This document shows positions 37,393 to 47,600 of a stretch of DNA of 63,010 bases, piece by piece; positions within the stretch are counted from its first letter, which is position 1, and each line of letters begins with the position of its first letter. The stretch is from positions 1 to 63,010 of the IMG/VR virus record IMGVR_UViG_3300025301_000010. One strand, 5' to 3'. Under the pieces are notes generated by a model that worked only from the letters and a program-made list of their open reading frames with translations, searched no databases and was not told where the DNA came from. Source of the DNA: a virus. Its lineage: Duplodnaviria; Caudoviricetes. A program made the position numbers and the translations under genes.

Positions 37393-37787
37393 TCAGCCTC
37401 CTCAGGGACCGTGGGGAGAATCCCGGCATTCGCCACGTAATCGATCACCACCTGCGGTGAGATGGCGAAGGGGTTCCCATCCACCATTGCGAGCAGCTCG
37501 ACCCACGGGTTCTTGCCGTATGCCTCATCGACTGCATCCACGAGTGTGACGTGCGTCATTTGCGGGTCGGAATCGGTGAGGTTTGGATGACACCCGTCAG
37601 CGTCGAGATGGTAACACGACGTGAGTCCCATCTCGATCACATGTTGCAGCGTATTGATTTGACACGTCCAGACCACCCAATACCCCCGAGTGACCTTCTG
37701 CGGCTCGCCGTCCGCGTCAATGATCGCCATCACCTTCGCATGCTCGGCGGTTTGAGATTTGTGGCCATCGGGACAAGTATTGCTCAT
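37389..37787 (-). CDS. Cys/His-rich tail-associated protein; paralogue of 20451-20846
   Basis: Long identical blocks with the module A copy. Confidence 0.7.
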   Translation of the reverse strand: MSNTCPDGHKSQTAEHAKVMAIIDADGEPQKVTRGYWVVWTCQINTLQHVIEMGLTSCYHLDADGCHPNLTDSDPQMTHVTLVDAVDEAYGKNPWVELLAMVDGNPFAISPQVVIDYVANAGILPTVPEEAE

Positions 37788-37796
37788 CGGATTCCT

Positions 37797-40700
37797 TTAC
37801 GACTCGGAGCACCAAATATAATACGGTCCACCCGTCGTTGTATCAATCTTGATGCGGCGGTTAGGGAGTGCGAGCGCGGTTGTTCCACTCGGCGTAGTCA
37901 CGGTGACGGTGGAACTACTTGCGGCGGCAGTTGTCCCGTCGAAAATATGTTCAGACGCTTTAATGTCCCCGTCAAAAAACAGCCCCAAATTTGCAAACCG
38001 CTCACCTGAAGTGCCGAGTCGTATATCATAGCTGGTGTTTCGTACAACCAGTTGCATTCCCTTAAACCCATGAGTTGCAAAGACATCACCCGCACCGATA
38101 TGTGCTGCCTCGTCACCGGAAAACGCGCTCGCCCACCACTTGATCTTTGCGAAACTTGAGCCGAAGTTGATGCTAATAGCGGAATCCCCGGTTGCTGAAA
38201 TTCGGACATTACCGGAAGTGACCGTCAGGTCACCTGTTGTGATTTTCGCCGCACTCAGGTCGTTATGCACTTGCAAGTTCTGCACGGCCCCATCTTCGAT
38301 ATCGGGGGTGTCTACCTTTGTGACGGCAGCGCTGGCGTTGTTGCTAAAAGCCGAAGACACGTTGCCGCTGTGGTCGATGGCTTTCACTCGGTAGTGGTAG
38401 GTCGTGCTATAGGCGACATTGGTATCGGTAAACCGATTGGTCCGCACCCGCGCATGCTCGTGAACTGCCGGATCACTGTCGGACCCTGGGTTGGCGGACG
38501 TGTTACGGTAAATGATATATTCCGCGAGTGTGGCATCAGCAAGCACGGTCCATGACGCCTCAATGCTTTTACCGGTGCCAGCAGTAGCTGCGACACTTGC
38601 GACAGTACCGGGTGCGGTGGTATCACCTACCGCCGTATAGGGATCATCCGACGCGCCTATAATCGCACTCGCCCCTGCTCCGCTCGACCAGGCTTGTGCC
38701 GCAAATTCATACTGTACGCCGGGCGTGAGATCATCGACCCGAGAAGTCCCGCTGCCGGAACTTAGCTGGTCGGCAATTTGATATTGGGATGTGCCATTTC
38801 TGCGGTACAAGATATTGATAACACTTGCCCCACTTGGCATGCCGGGGACGTTCACCACGATGAAAGAAAAGGCCGTCCCGTCAAGGGCATTGTACGTGCC
38901 TTCGGCGTTTTTTGAGATTGCTGCTGGGTTGCTGGGTGCAGTAGTCGATGCTCCCGCCGAGCCCGTGGCATTAACGGACGATGTTGCTGCTGATTTTAAC
39001 TCCGTTGTATTGACGGCTTTAATCCAGTAGTACCGCCGGGTTGTCCCAGCAAGGCCATCGATAAATTGAGACGCCCGTACTTCAGCTAAAGGCGTGCCGC
39101 CAGGAAAAGAATCCCCATTTGCACGGAAGACCTGATATTCACTGAAATCCGATTCAGTATTATCGTCCCAATCCAAGACAATAGATTCGATAGCCGCTGT
39201 TGCGGAGGGATTTTGAGGGACAGCGGGAGCCACCGGTGCTCCTGTCGATTGCGCACTGAGGGTCACAGGTGTCGAGCTGCGCTTCCCATCGACGTTGTTG
39301 CTGTTGAGGATGACGGCTTGATAATCGAGGGTGAGACCAGGCTCCAGGTCGAAGGTTGTCGTATGTGCGCCTGCCCCTGTTATCTCGATGACCCGCCGCT
39401 CCTTGCTGACCGCACTTCCGTTTGGATACACGACAAAAATAATATCCGTCCGATTGACGGCAGGGGGTGTCACCGTCAGCGTCACATGGGCAATGACGGT
39501 CCCATCAGTCGCCCTGGTCGTAGTGGTAGCCGCAGCAAAACTGGTCCCAGGCCCCGGCACGGTGTGGGAATAATCAGTGACCTCCGCTGCGCCCGGTAAC
39601 AGCACGGTATCGGCGGGGTCCGCCGTCGCCGTATAAATTGACGCATCATACGGCACGGTACTACACGAATATCCGCCGGATATGTGGGCGCTCGCTTCAT
39701 CGCCGGACCAGGACATGCCGAGAGACCGGATCATCCGTGATCCTGAAATGGTCCGGTGGGGGATATTGGCCGTCACCACTTCTCCCAGGACCAGCGCTTG
39801 TCCACGGAGATCGATGTCACAATCGAGGACACGATCCTGTAGACGCAGTGCGCTGAGCGCATAGCCGCATTCTTTCTCGGCGGTGGTCCGGTCCAAAAAC
39901 GGATTGTCCCATCGGCGGACAGTGCCGAGTTGCGTGACGGTTTTTGTCGCAAGCCCGAGATATTTGCCACTGCCGTCAAACCCAGGATCAAAGGCAAAAC
40001 CCACCTCTAATGTTTTGGTGAGATCATGCACGTTGCCGCGCCGGGAGACAAGAGAATCGGGAATGATGGTCTGCACACCACCTGATGCGCCCATCTGAAA
40101 AGGGAGACTTGATGCAGGATGCGCCGACGCTTGATCCACGACGGGATACCACTCATTTGAGGTATTGCGGGAAAGATACGTGCCGCGCACCAAGAGCTGT
40201 AAGAACAAATCCTGGGCGGGAAACCGTTCATAGAGACCACCTGTCGCAGCATAGGATAACGCATGGAGGACATTACTTTCCGTCGTAAACGCCGCAGCAT
40301 TCACGCTCTGTGCGGGGGAGAGGCCGTAGTCCGGGTCCGATAACAAGAACTTCACAAATTCGAGAGTATTTCTGAATTCGGTGGATGTGAGATCCGCATG
40401 CATCAGGATTTGCTCATCGGCATTGGGTTCATCATCGAGTGTGATGTACTTCACCGATTTGCCGTCAATGGTCTCGGTGGTGACGGTGTATTCGCTGGGG
40501 AGGAGGACCGCTTTGTTGAGGTACACAGTTGTCCAGGTCAGCGTGCCGCTCGCTGGTGACCGTACCACGCCCCACTTTGTCCCATCAGCAACGAGTTGGA
40601 CAAGCGGCACTTTTCGGCTCACGCCACAACATACGTATACTGGCGGGTCCGCCTCTTCGATGGACCCTCTGGTCAGCACGGCAGCGTCGAAAAGATCTCT

Positions 40701-41174
40701 GATTTTTTGGCGCGGTAATTCTTGTTCAAACAAAGCCGTATCCACCGTCCCGATCCGAAACGTCCCAGACGTATTATCCGTGTCGCCTTCTTCCGTCACG
40801 ACACCATCGATACGCCGGATGTCGCTTCCGCCGGACACATTACGCAGTCGCGCCATCGCCGTTTGTCCGATCAGCGTCCCGTCTAGACGGATACCATCTA
40901 ATGTCGCCTCGAAGCCGCCGGAATATCGAGTAGGTAAGCCATATGCGGACGGTGGACCATATGTGGGGGCCTGATCGTAATTACGGAACCGGACTTCGAC
41001 AGACCGTTCCGGCAGAAACCCGTCCATTGGTAAGGGGAGGCTTTCTTCCCATGCCCCGAACGGACCAATTAGCCGCGCCGGGTAATCGGGCACATCAGGA
41101 TGGCGTTTGAACGCCGCCTTGTACGTCGTCCCATCGACGGTCAACGTGATTTGTTGATGTGGGGCGTCTGCCAT
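37797..41174 (-). CDS. Tail tip hub / host-specificity protein with FN3 domains (module B)
   Basis: Homologous to 17736-20441 with additional FN3-like domains. Confidence 0.8.
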   Translation of the reverse strand: MADAPHQQITLTVDGTTYKAAFKRHPDVPDYPARLIGPFGAWEESLPLPMDGFLPERSVEVRFRNYDQAPTYGPPSAYGLPTRYSGGFEATLDGIRLDGTLIGQTAMARLRNVSGGSDIRRIDGVVTEEGDTDNTSGTFRIGTVDTALFEQELPRQKIRDLFDAAVLTRGSIEEADPPVYVCCGVSRKVPLVQLVADGTKWGVVRSPASGTLTWTTVYLNKAVLLPSEYTVTTETIDGKSVKYITLDDEPNADEQILMHADLTSTEFRNTLEFVKFLLSDPDYGLSPAQSVNAAAFTTESNVLHALSYAATGGLYERFPAQDLFLQLLVRGTYLSRNTSNEWYPVVDQASAHPASSLPFQMGASGGVQTIIPDSLVSRRGNVHDLTKTLEVGFAFDPGFDGSGKYLGLATKTVTQLGTVRRWDNPFLDRTTAEKECGYALSALRLQDRVLDCDIDLRGQALVLGEVVTANIPHRTISGSRMIRSLGMSWSGDEASAHISGGYSCSTVPYDASIYTATADPADTVLLPGAAEVTDYSHTVPGPGTSFAAATTTTRATDGTVIAHVTLTVTPPAVNRTDIIFVVYPNGSAVSKERRVIEITGAGAHTTTFDLEPGLTLDYQAVILNSNNVDGKRSSTPVTLSAQSTGAPVAPAVPQNPSATAAIESIVLDWDDNTESDFSEYQVFRANGDSFPGGTPLAEVRASQFIDGLAGTTRRYYWIKAVNTTELKSAATSSVNATGSAGASTTAPSNPAAISKNAEGTYNALDGTAFSFIVVNVPGMPSGASVINILYRRNGTSQYQIADQLSSGSGTSRVDDLTPGVQYEFAAQAWSSGAGASAIIGASDDPYTAVGDTTAPGTVASVAATAGTGKSIEASWTVLADATLAEYIIYRNTSANPGSDSDPAVHEHARVRTNRFTDTNVAYSTTYHYRVKAIDHSGNVSSAFSNNASAAVTKVDTPDIEDGAVQNLQVHNDLSAAKITTGDLTVTSGNVRISATGDSAISINFGSSFAKIKWWASAFSGDEAAHIGAGDVFATHGFKGMQLVVRNTSYDIRLGTSGERFANLGLFFDGDIKASEHIFDGTTAAASSSTVTVTTPSGTTALALPNRRIKIDTTTGGPYYIWCSES

Positions 41175-41612
41175 TTAGTCCTCTGTGCGGTTATCGATGA
41201 TTTCACGCGCTGGGAGTTCGCCAGCAGGGGCAGCTTCGACAGTCGCCGCAAGCACGGTTGTCGTTTCCCCGTCTTGGAAGACTTGAGGCGGTTGGTCCGC
41301 CAGGTAAGTATCGATCAGAGCATCGATCCCATGCAAGCCGGAAAAGATATCTGCGGAGCCTTCGTTGTTCTGGACCCTGTCTATGATAAAAGCCGTCGGT
41401 GCGTCAGTTACAGTAGGCTGCGCGGGTGGCGCAGCGTCAACCAGATCGTTGTAAACGATACTCCCGATCCTGATGATTCCGCCCTCGACAGTACAAAGCT
41501 GATACCGTAGCCGCTCCAGCGATTCCGCGTTTGCACGCCAACTTGCCGATACCAGTTTAGCGTGCGTATACGTTCTGTCACCCACAGTGATAGGCGTGTT
41601 CAATTTTAGCAT
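41175..41612 (-). CDS. Tail-associated protein; paralogue of 17307-17726
   Basis: High protein and DNA identity to the module A copy. Confidence 0.7.
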   Translation of the reverse strand: MLKLNTPITVGDRTYTHAKLVSASWRANAESLERLRYQLCTVEGGIIRIGSIVYNDLVDAAPPAQPTVTDAPTAFIIDRVQNNEGSADIFSGLHGIDALIDTYLADQPPQVFQDGETTTVLAATVEAAPAGELPAREIIDNRTED

Positions 41613-41616
41613 TGTC

Positions 41617-43653
41617 CTACTCCTCCTCTAGGGCCTTGAGACGGGCGTGTAATTCTTGGCACGCCGCAAGCGCAAGAAAGGCTGGCTCTTTGGCTGCGAT
41701 ACCCGCCCGGTATTCCCCCTCGCCGTCCTTGTTTGTCACCATCCTCGGCTCCTCCCCGATCCCAAATATCTCGTAAAATTCTTCCGCGGACGTGCCGAAC
41801 GAATAGGGCCGATCCTCCGGCCCGTTGGCTGCACGGTATGTGCAAATTCTCAGCGCACTGAGGGTGTCACAAATGGTGCCATAGCGGTCTGTATAATTGT
41901 CGTCAAACAGTTTGTTGATGCCAGCGGAGGAGTCTGTCCACACGCCAGCAGCGGTTAGCTGCCCGTACACATTTGGGGCTACCGCCCCGTTATAAGCACC
42001 CGCAGCGTCAACGCCGTTGCAGCAGTAAAAAAGCCAGTCGCTTGAGTACCCATCCACAAGTCCGTCTCCACCCAGTGATCCGATATTTGTTGTGCGGTGT
42101 TTGATCGCGCCCGACGACACATAGTACGTATCATCAGCACCGACAGTACGCATATCAAAGCTCGTCACGACATCGTTGTTTGCAGGTGAAGCCGAGCGCT
42201 GGTCAAAAGCGTGCATCTGCCCATAGGCGTCAGCGCGTGCGCTGTGGACTGTGATAGCGCGGCTGAACGTGGCAGTCGTGCCGATATCAATATGGAGCAT
42301 CCCACTACCTGCGGGCGCAACCACGCCGCTGGCGCTGGTGTCAAAAATATTCACCTGGTCGTCCGAGAAATAGGTTGTGCCGACCACATGCAGTGGCGCG
42401 GCAGGAGCAGCGGTTCCAATCCCCACCTCGCTCGCGGCATCAATTGTCAATCCCACCGTGCCGTTACCCGACGTAAGTTGGAGCACGCCCCCGGCCTTGT
42501 TTGATCCAAGCTTAAAAAGGTCGCCATCATGATTCCATGCGATCCGCGCATCCCGAGAGCTGCCACCCGGCGAGCCGAAAAAAATTGAGCTTGATTGATC
42601 GTCGTTGGATAAAATGGTCATGCCGCACTCCGTCCCCTCTAGCACTAACTCGTCCGCCCCGCCATCAGCGGCCACAGTTCCTGCCGTGCCGGATATCACA
42701 TGCAGTGTCCCGTCTGTGGGCGTACCCGCACCAATGCCCACTCTGCCCGCCGCTTGAATCGTCATGCGCGTCACATTGGTTGTTTCAAACCCGAGGTCGT
42801 AGGCATCTGTATTTCCTAGCGTGCGAGCAGCGCCCCCCGCATCTCCTCCGTTGCTGAAGTCGCCCCCTCCTCCACCTGAGGCCGTCTCCCAAGTCGCGTC
42901 ACCGTCGGCGTCGCTTTGGAGGATTTTTCCAGCGCCCGGTGAGCCGCCCGTTATTTTGACCGTGCCGACTTCCAAGGTAGTGAGAGTTGGTGTGGCAGTC
43001 CACGCGCAATCACCGTCCGCGTCGGAACTCAACAATTTGTTGGCTGCCGCACCAGTGGTCACTTTGAGTGTGTCAACTTCCAGTGAGGTCAGGTTCGGGG
43101 TCAGGGTCCACGATGCGTCTCCGTCCGCATCGCTCACGAGTACGGAATTGGCACCAGCACCAGTTGTCACTTTGAGTGTGTCTACCTCAAGTGAGGTCAA
43201 ATTAGGTGTTAGGGTGTAAGTCAGATCCCCGTCGGCGTCAGAGACGAGCAATTTATTGGCACCAGCGGAAGTTGTGACTTTTAATGTATCAACTTCAAGG
43301 GAAGTCAAATTAGGCGTGAGGGTGTATGTCAGATCTCCATCCGCATCGGAAACGAGGAGCTTATTGGCACCAGCGGAGGTGGTGACCTTGAGCGTATCGA
43401 TTTCGAGAGATGTCAGATTCGGGGTGAGCGTATAGGTGAGATCTCCGTCCGCATCACTCTGGAGGATCTTATTGGCCCCTGCCCCTGCCGTGACCTTGAG
43501 TGCCGCTGTGACAACATTCGGGTGGGCAGCAGTTCCGGCTTCGAGCGTGTCGATGTACGAAAACAGATTATTGATCATCAACGCCCAGTTTTCGGTCTTG
43601 GTCCCCACGTCCGCAATGGGGAGGCTGTTGAGATTGCTAAGTGTTGTCGCCAT
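41617..43653 (-). CDS. Tail fibre with 36-aa repeats and C-terminal S74-type chaperone
   Basis: VGIG...P...LHV repeats; DSS...K site, FG..AEE and ACQEL..RLKALE. Confidence 0.82.
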   Translation of the reverse strand: MATTLSNLNSLPIADVGTKTENWALMINNLFSYIDTLEAGTAAHPNVVTAALKVTAGAGANKILQSDADGDLTYTLTPNLTSLEIDTLKVTTSAGANKLLVSDADGDLTYTLTPNLTSLEVDTLKVTTSAGANKLLVSDADGDLTYTLTPNLTSLEVDTLKVTTGAGANSVLVSDADGDASWTLTPNLTSLEVDTLKVTTGAAANKLLSSDADGDCAWTATPTLTTLEVGTVKITGGSPGAGKILQSDADGDATWETASGGGGGDFSNGGDAGGAARTLGNTDAYDLGFETTNVTRMTIQAAGRVGIGAGTPTDGTLHVISGTAGTVAADGGADELVLEGTECGMTILSNDDQSSSIFFGSPGGSSRDARIAWNHDGDLFKLGSNKAGGVLQLTSGNGTVGLTIDAASEVGIGTAAPAAPLHVVGTTYFSDDQVNIFDTSASGVVAPAGSGMLHIDIGTTATFSRAITVHSARADAYGQMHAFDQRSASPANNDVVTSFDMRTVGADDTYYVSSGAIKHRTTNIGSLGGDGLVDGYSSDWLFYCCNGVDAAGAYNGAVAPNVYGQLTAAGVWTDSSAGINKLFDDNYTDRYGTICDTLSALRICTYRAANGPEDRPYSFGTSAEEFYEIFGIGEEPRMVTNKDGEGEYRAGIAAKEPAFLALAACQELHARLKALEEE
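42885..43500 (-). repeat. 108-bp tandem repeats (five full, one partial) in the fibre shaft
   Basis: Units of KVTTSAGANKLLVSDADGDLTYTLTPNLTSLEVDTL. Confidence 0.92.
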
Positions 43654-43870
43654 TGTTCTCCTCCTGCCCCAACGTCCCTCGATGATCCTGCAAGACGGCC
43701 ATTTGCCACGCTAAGGTCTCAGCTTGTTTTTGTGCCGCCAGGCATGCCGCTTGGGCTTCGCGCTGCTGGATCTCTAATATTTTTAGCTGGATGTCGATAT
43801 CTTCCGTCGTCGTATACTGTGCCCGAATCCGGTCCAATAACCCCATTTCTCCGTTTAACTGCGCTGCCAT
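43637..43870 (-). CDS. Small coiled-coil tail-associated protein
   Basis: AGGAG RBS; same position as 15690-15992. Confidence 0.55.
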   Translation of the reverse strand: MAAQLNGEMGLLDRIRAQYTTTEDIDIQLKILEIQQREAQAACLAAQKQAETLAWQMAVLQDHRGTLGQEENNGDNT

Positions 43871-43886
43871 CGTAGACTCCTCTTGT

Positions 43887-44618
43887 TTAGATCAATTCTA
43901 AAAATTCCATTGATCCACTTTGCATGGTGCTGCCGAGACTAATACTCTCCTCTGCCGACATCCGTCGTCCGTAAAAGACGGGTAGCTGTGATGGCGAATC
44001 CAGATCCACGATCATAATTTTGGTGGCCGGGCTGATTGCACGGAGGGCATCAAAATCGCCCGTTCCTGCCGCATATTCGACCTCATCGCTAAATTGCAGT
44101 GTGCGGTAGGCATCGCCGGGAATCAGGTCTTGTACGTCCGTTCCGGCCTCTAAAACGGGATCTATGACCTTGATCGTTGCCCCTGCCAGCATCCCCCGGC
44201 TCAAGACATTCAATTTGCCCGTTTCGACACATAAAATCTGACCGATTTTGAAGTACCCCGCACTATCGATAGGCGTGGCAACGCTGACCACCACCACCAT
44301 CGTATTCGATGCGCTGACGGTTTGCAGGAGGGCATTGCCATAGTGGGAGGTGAGGGCATTCTTCGTCAACGTCTTCGCGGTGCCAGCGAGCGTCATCGCC
44401 GTGAAATTCGTGCCGAGAACGGCGGTCAAGACAATCGTTTTCGCAGCCCCGAAATCCAATGTCAGCGTCTTTGTGCCTGACGCATTAAGAGACCGATACT
44501 GCTCTAAAATCGGATTGGCCGAATCGCTGTTCAGATTCGTGACGGGGTAGTCCGCAGAGACGGCATCACTGGCTGTCACCGTATAGGACAAAAATTCTGT
44601 CGCGTAGCGTAGGTCCAT
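43887..44618 (-). CDS. Distal tail-like protein B
   Basis: Follows the tape measure; homologous to 14935-15690. Confidence 0.6.
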   Translation of the reverse strand: MDLRYATEFLSYTVTASDAVSADYPVTNLNSDSANPILEQYRSLNASGTKTLTLDFGAAKTIVLTAVLGTNFTAMTLAGTAKTLTKNALTSHYGNALLQTVSASNTMVVVVSVATPIDSAGYFKIGQILCVETGKLNVLSRGMLAGATIKVIDPVLEAGTDVQDLIPGDAYRTLQFSDEVEYAAGTGDFDALRAISPATKIMIVDLDSPSQLPVFYGRRMSAEESISLGSTMQSGSMEFLELI

Positions 44619-47600
44619 TAATGTCCTTTCTTCAGGACGCCGCGCAGCCGTCCGCTCTCCATCGACCTGATGATACCATCTTCGATTTGCCGGTACACCT
44701 GCTGCCCGACGGCTTTTCCATTTGCGGCACCAGAAACATTGATTGTGGGGGCGATGGTCAGATGCAGCGGCCCAGGCACCGACTCTCCGACGGGCGTAAC
44801 CTGTACATGCTCTGGTCCCCGTTCCGCGACCTGAAACCAGGTTGGTCGTGACACCATACCGCTGTACCCTGATGCTGCGGACGTGAATCCCTGCCAGTTA
44901 TTCCAGTTATTCCAGTTATTCCCACCCGTCTGGTTATTCCCGTTCGGCGCGGGGGGATTAGTCAGGTCGGTAAGGTGGATGTTCAGTGTTTCAATCGTCT
45001 CGTCGAGGCTATTAAGAGTACCTTCCAATTTTTGATTCATGTCCTGCTCTGCCAAGAATCTCTGCTGAGATTTAATTTCAATCCCCCTCCAGACCTGCAT
45101 TTCGCGGATGTGGAGTGCGTGCAATCTCGCAACTGTCTCCCTACGCATCTGATCCACCGCAGCGGTAGACCGATCCTGCGCGGCTTCGATAGCGATCTTA
45201 GCAGCGCTATTAATACGGTTCGCCTCTTCTTGCAAACTCGTGATCAAATCGGTATCTGCTTCGATGCGATTATCGATGGAAGTCAGGGTGTTGTTCATGT
45301 CCCGTTCGATGTTCCGCTGGGCCACCGCCGCCGCCAACGCCTGGGTTTGGAGGTCTTCCAGTTCTTGCAGCGTGGTATTGGTCTCGTCGGTCAAGGCAGA
45401 TCCTTGGTTCCGCGACATTTTCAACTGGGCGACAAGATTGGCCGCGAGCTGGTCGAACAATTCGGGTTGGTCTTCCGCCCCTGCCCCTGCCAGCGCCGTG
45501 CGGAGTGAGGCTTCCTGGAGTTGGAGCACCCCGAGCCGTTCGCCGGTAGTGAACGCACTCGATCCGGTGGCAATGGTGCGGATCATATCGCCGATCTTAT
45601 CAGCAGACTGTTCAAAATTTTTCGCGAGTGCCTTAGCTTCTTGCGCGAGCTGGGCGATCTCAGCCCGTTCCTCGCGTGCCAGTGTAAGGCGGTCATTCGC
45701 CGCCTTGACCAACTCTGCGTTGGCTTCTAAGTCGGCTTCCCGTCGGTCATTGATACCGTCGATCTCGTCTTGCAGCCGACGCTGTTCCGCTGCGGCACGC
45801 GCCTGGAAGAGATCAACTTCCGCCTGTCGCATATTAGCAAACGCCTGTGCCCAAGCGTGTAACCCCTCCATCGAACTTTGCTCTAGATCCCACACCCCGC
45901 CCTCGTGCAGGTTCAGACCACTATGTATGCCAAGTTGGGAGCTAGTACGAGCATGTTTTTGCTGCTGAAGATCAAGGGCGCTGCCAGCACCGATAGCCAC
46001 GAGATTTGCGGCAAACGCGAGCTGCACGTCGATGATCTGCTGCTTGATTGCGACGAGCGCGTTGTTCAGCACGTTCATCTCAGCACTCGCGGCCCCAATC
46101 GTGTTAGGCAATAAATTAGCCGCTTCCAGCAGGGCGTACAGTTGCTCCGCTGCGATCCCGATTCCGCTGGCGAGATCCTGAAATGCATCAGAGGACATAT
46201 CAATCGGCTTGGTAAAGTCAAAATCTTCAAACAACCCAGCCAGGTTCTCCTCGATGAAGGTCGCCATCGCCTTTTCTTGCAACGCCGCACGGAAGACTTC
46301 TCTGAATCCGGCCTCTGCGGCGGCGGCGACATCCCCACCTTTTAATCCGGCTTCCAGACCTTTGGCGAAGGCGGCACTCATCCCCTTCAGTGCCTGGGCT
46401 GACTGTTCCATCGCCCGTGTGAGTTCTTCTTCAATTTGATCTGCGTCCAACTCAATATTTTGGATACGGAGAGACGTGATCCCGATATCGTGCAGTGCGC
46501 CAATAGCGTCTTCAATATTGAGATCACCCGAACGGATACGATCTTCCAAACTCGCCAGATCCTCATCAAGCAGTCCAGCGGTTTCCCCCGCTTCCCTAAA
46601 GGCGTCCGCAAGATAGCGGTTCGAGAGTGCTGTCGCATCGATCAGCGGGTTGAATTTCGTGGCAATCTCGATGCCCCCCTTGAGCATCTCACTCAAGAAC
46701 AGCATCTCATTCCCTGACCGCCCGGTCTCTTCCAGCTCTTCGCGGAATTCCGCGAGATTGGTTTCCTCCGCAAATTTGTTAATTTGCTCGACCACTGTCC
46801 CAATCGTGAACCCCATCTTTTCCGCGAGTTCGAGCACCTTCTCATTGGCTTCTTCCATCGTCAGACCCGCTTCGAGGAATCCGACCTGGAACTGATTCGT
46901 AAAGCGCTTCATGGTGCCGAATACATGCTCAATCTTGTCGTCCAGATCCACATACATTAACGAGAGTGCCGCCAAGCCGCCTTGTTGTTCGGCGAACTCG
47001 ACGTCCGCCTGTTGATGCCGAATCGTCAGACTTTTGCCGCCCTGCGGATCGACACCGGAGAGGCCGATTTCTTTTGCGAAGGCCCGAATCTCGTCTTTAT
47101 CTTGCTTGATCCGTCCTGGTGCCAATAGAGCCCCGAGCAGTTCCTCCATCGCAAATCCAATGAGGAACCCAAGGCCGGGGATAATGTAGTTCGCCAACTG
47201 TCCAGCTAACTGCCCAAAGGTGTTGGAGAGAAATGCAATGATTGGTTTTGATATAGCACTAATGGACATCGCCATCGTACCAACCGTAGCACCGATATGA
47301 CCGCCAGTTCCTTTATACCCGGCGAGGCTGGCAATGCCACTAACCGCTGCCCCGCCCATTCCTGCACTGCCCCATGGCGTGACACCACCGGCAGCGGCAC
47401 CACCGGGATTAATAATATTACCCTGCCATCCAGGCTTCGGAGCACCCCATTGCACGTTTTGCATGCTCTGTGCATACGCTGATGAGCCACCACCAGCACC
47501 GCCCCAAAAATTCTGCATGTCCGACACGCCAATACCGCCCCAACTGCCAATGCCGCCGGTGCCCGACGCAAAGGAACCCGGTGCGCGAGTTCCACTACGA

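Noticed and set aside
17307-41612. Paralogous tail genes as a DGR TR/VR pair
   Set aside because: Differences are mostly synonymous and not adenine-specific, both copies are intact genes, and there is no RT.
42885-43500. Possible CRISPR array or DGR template/variable repeats
   Set aside because: These are in-frame coding repeats with no unique spacers, and no cas or reverse transcriptase gene is present.
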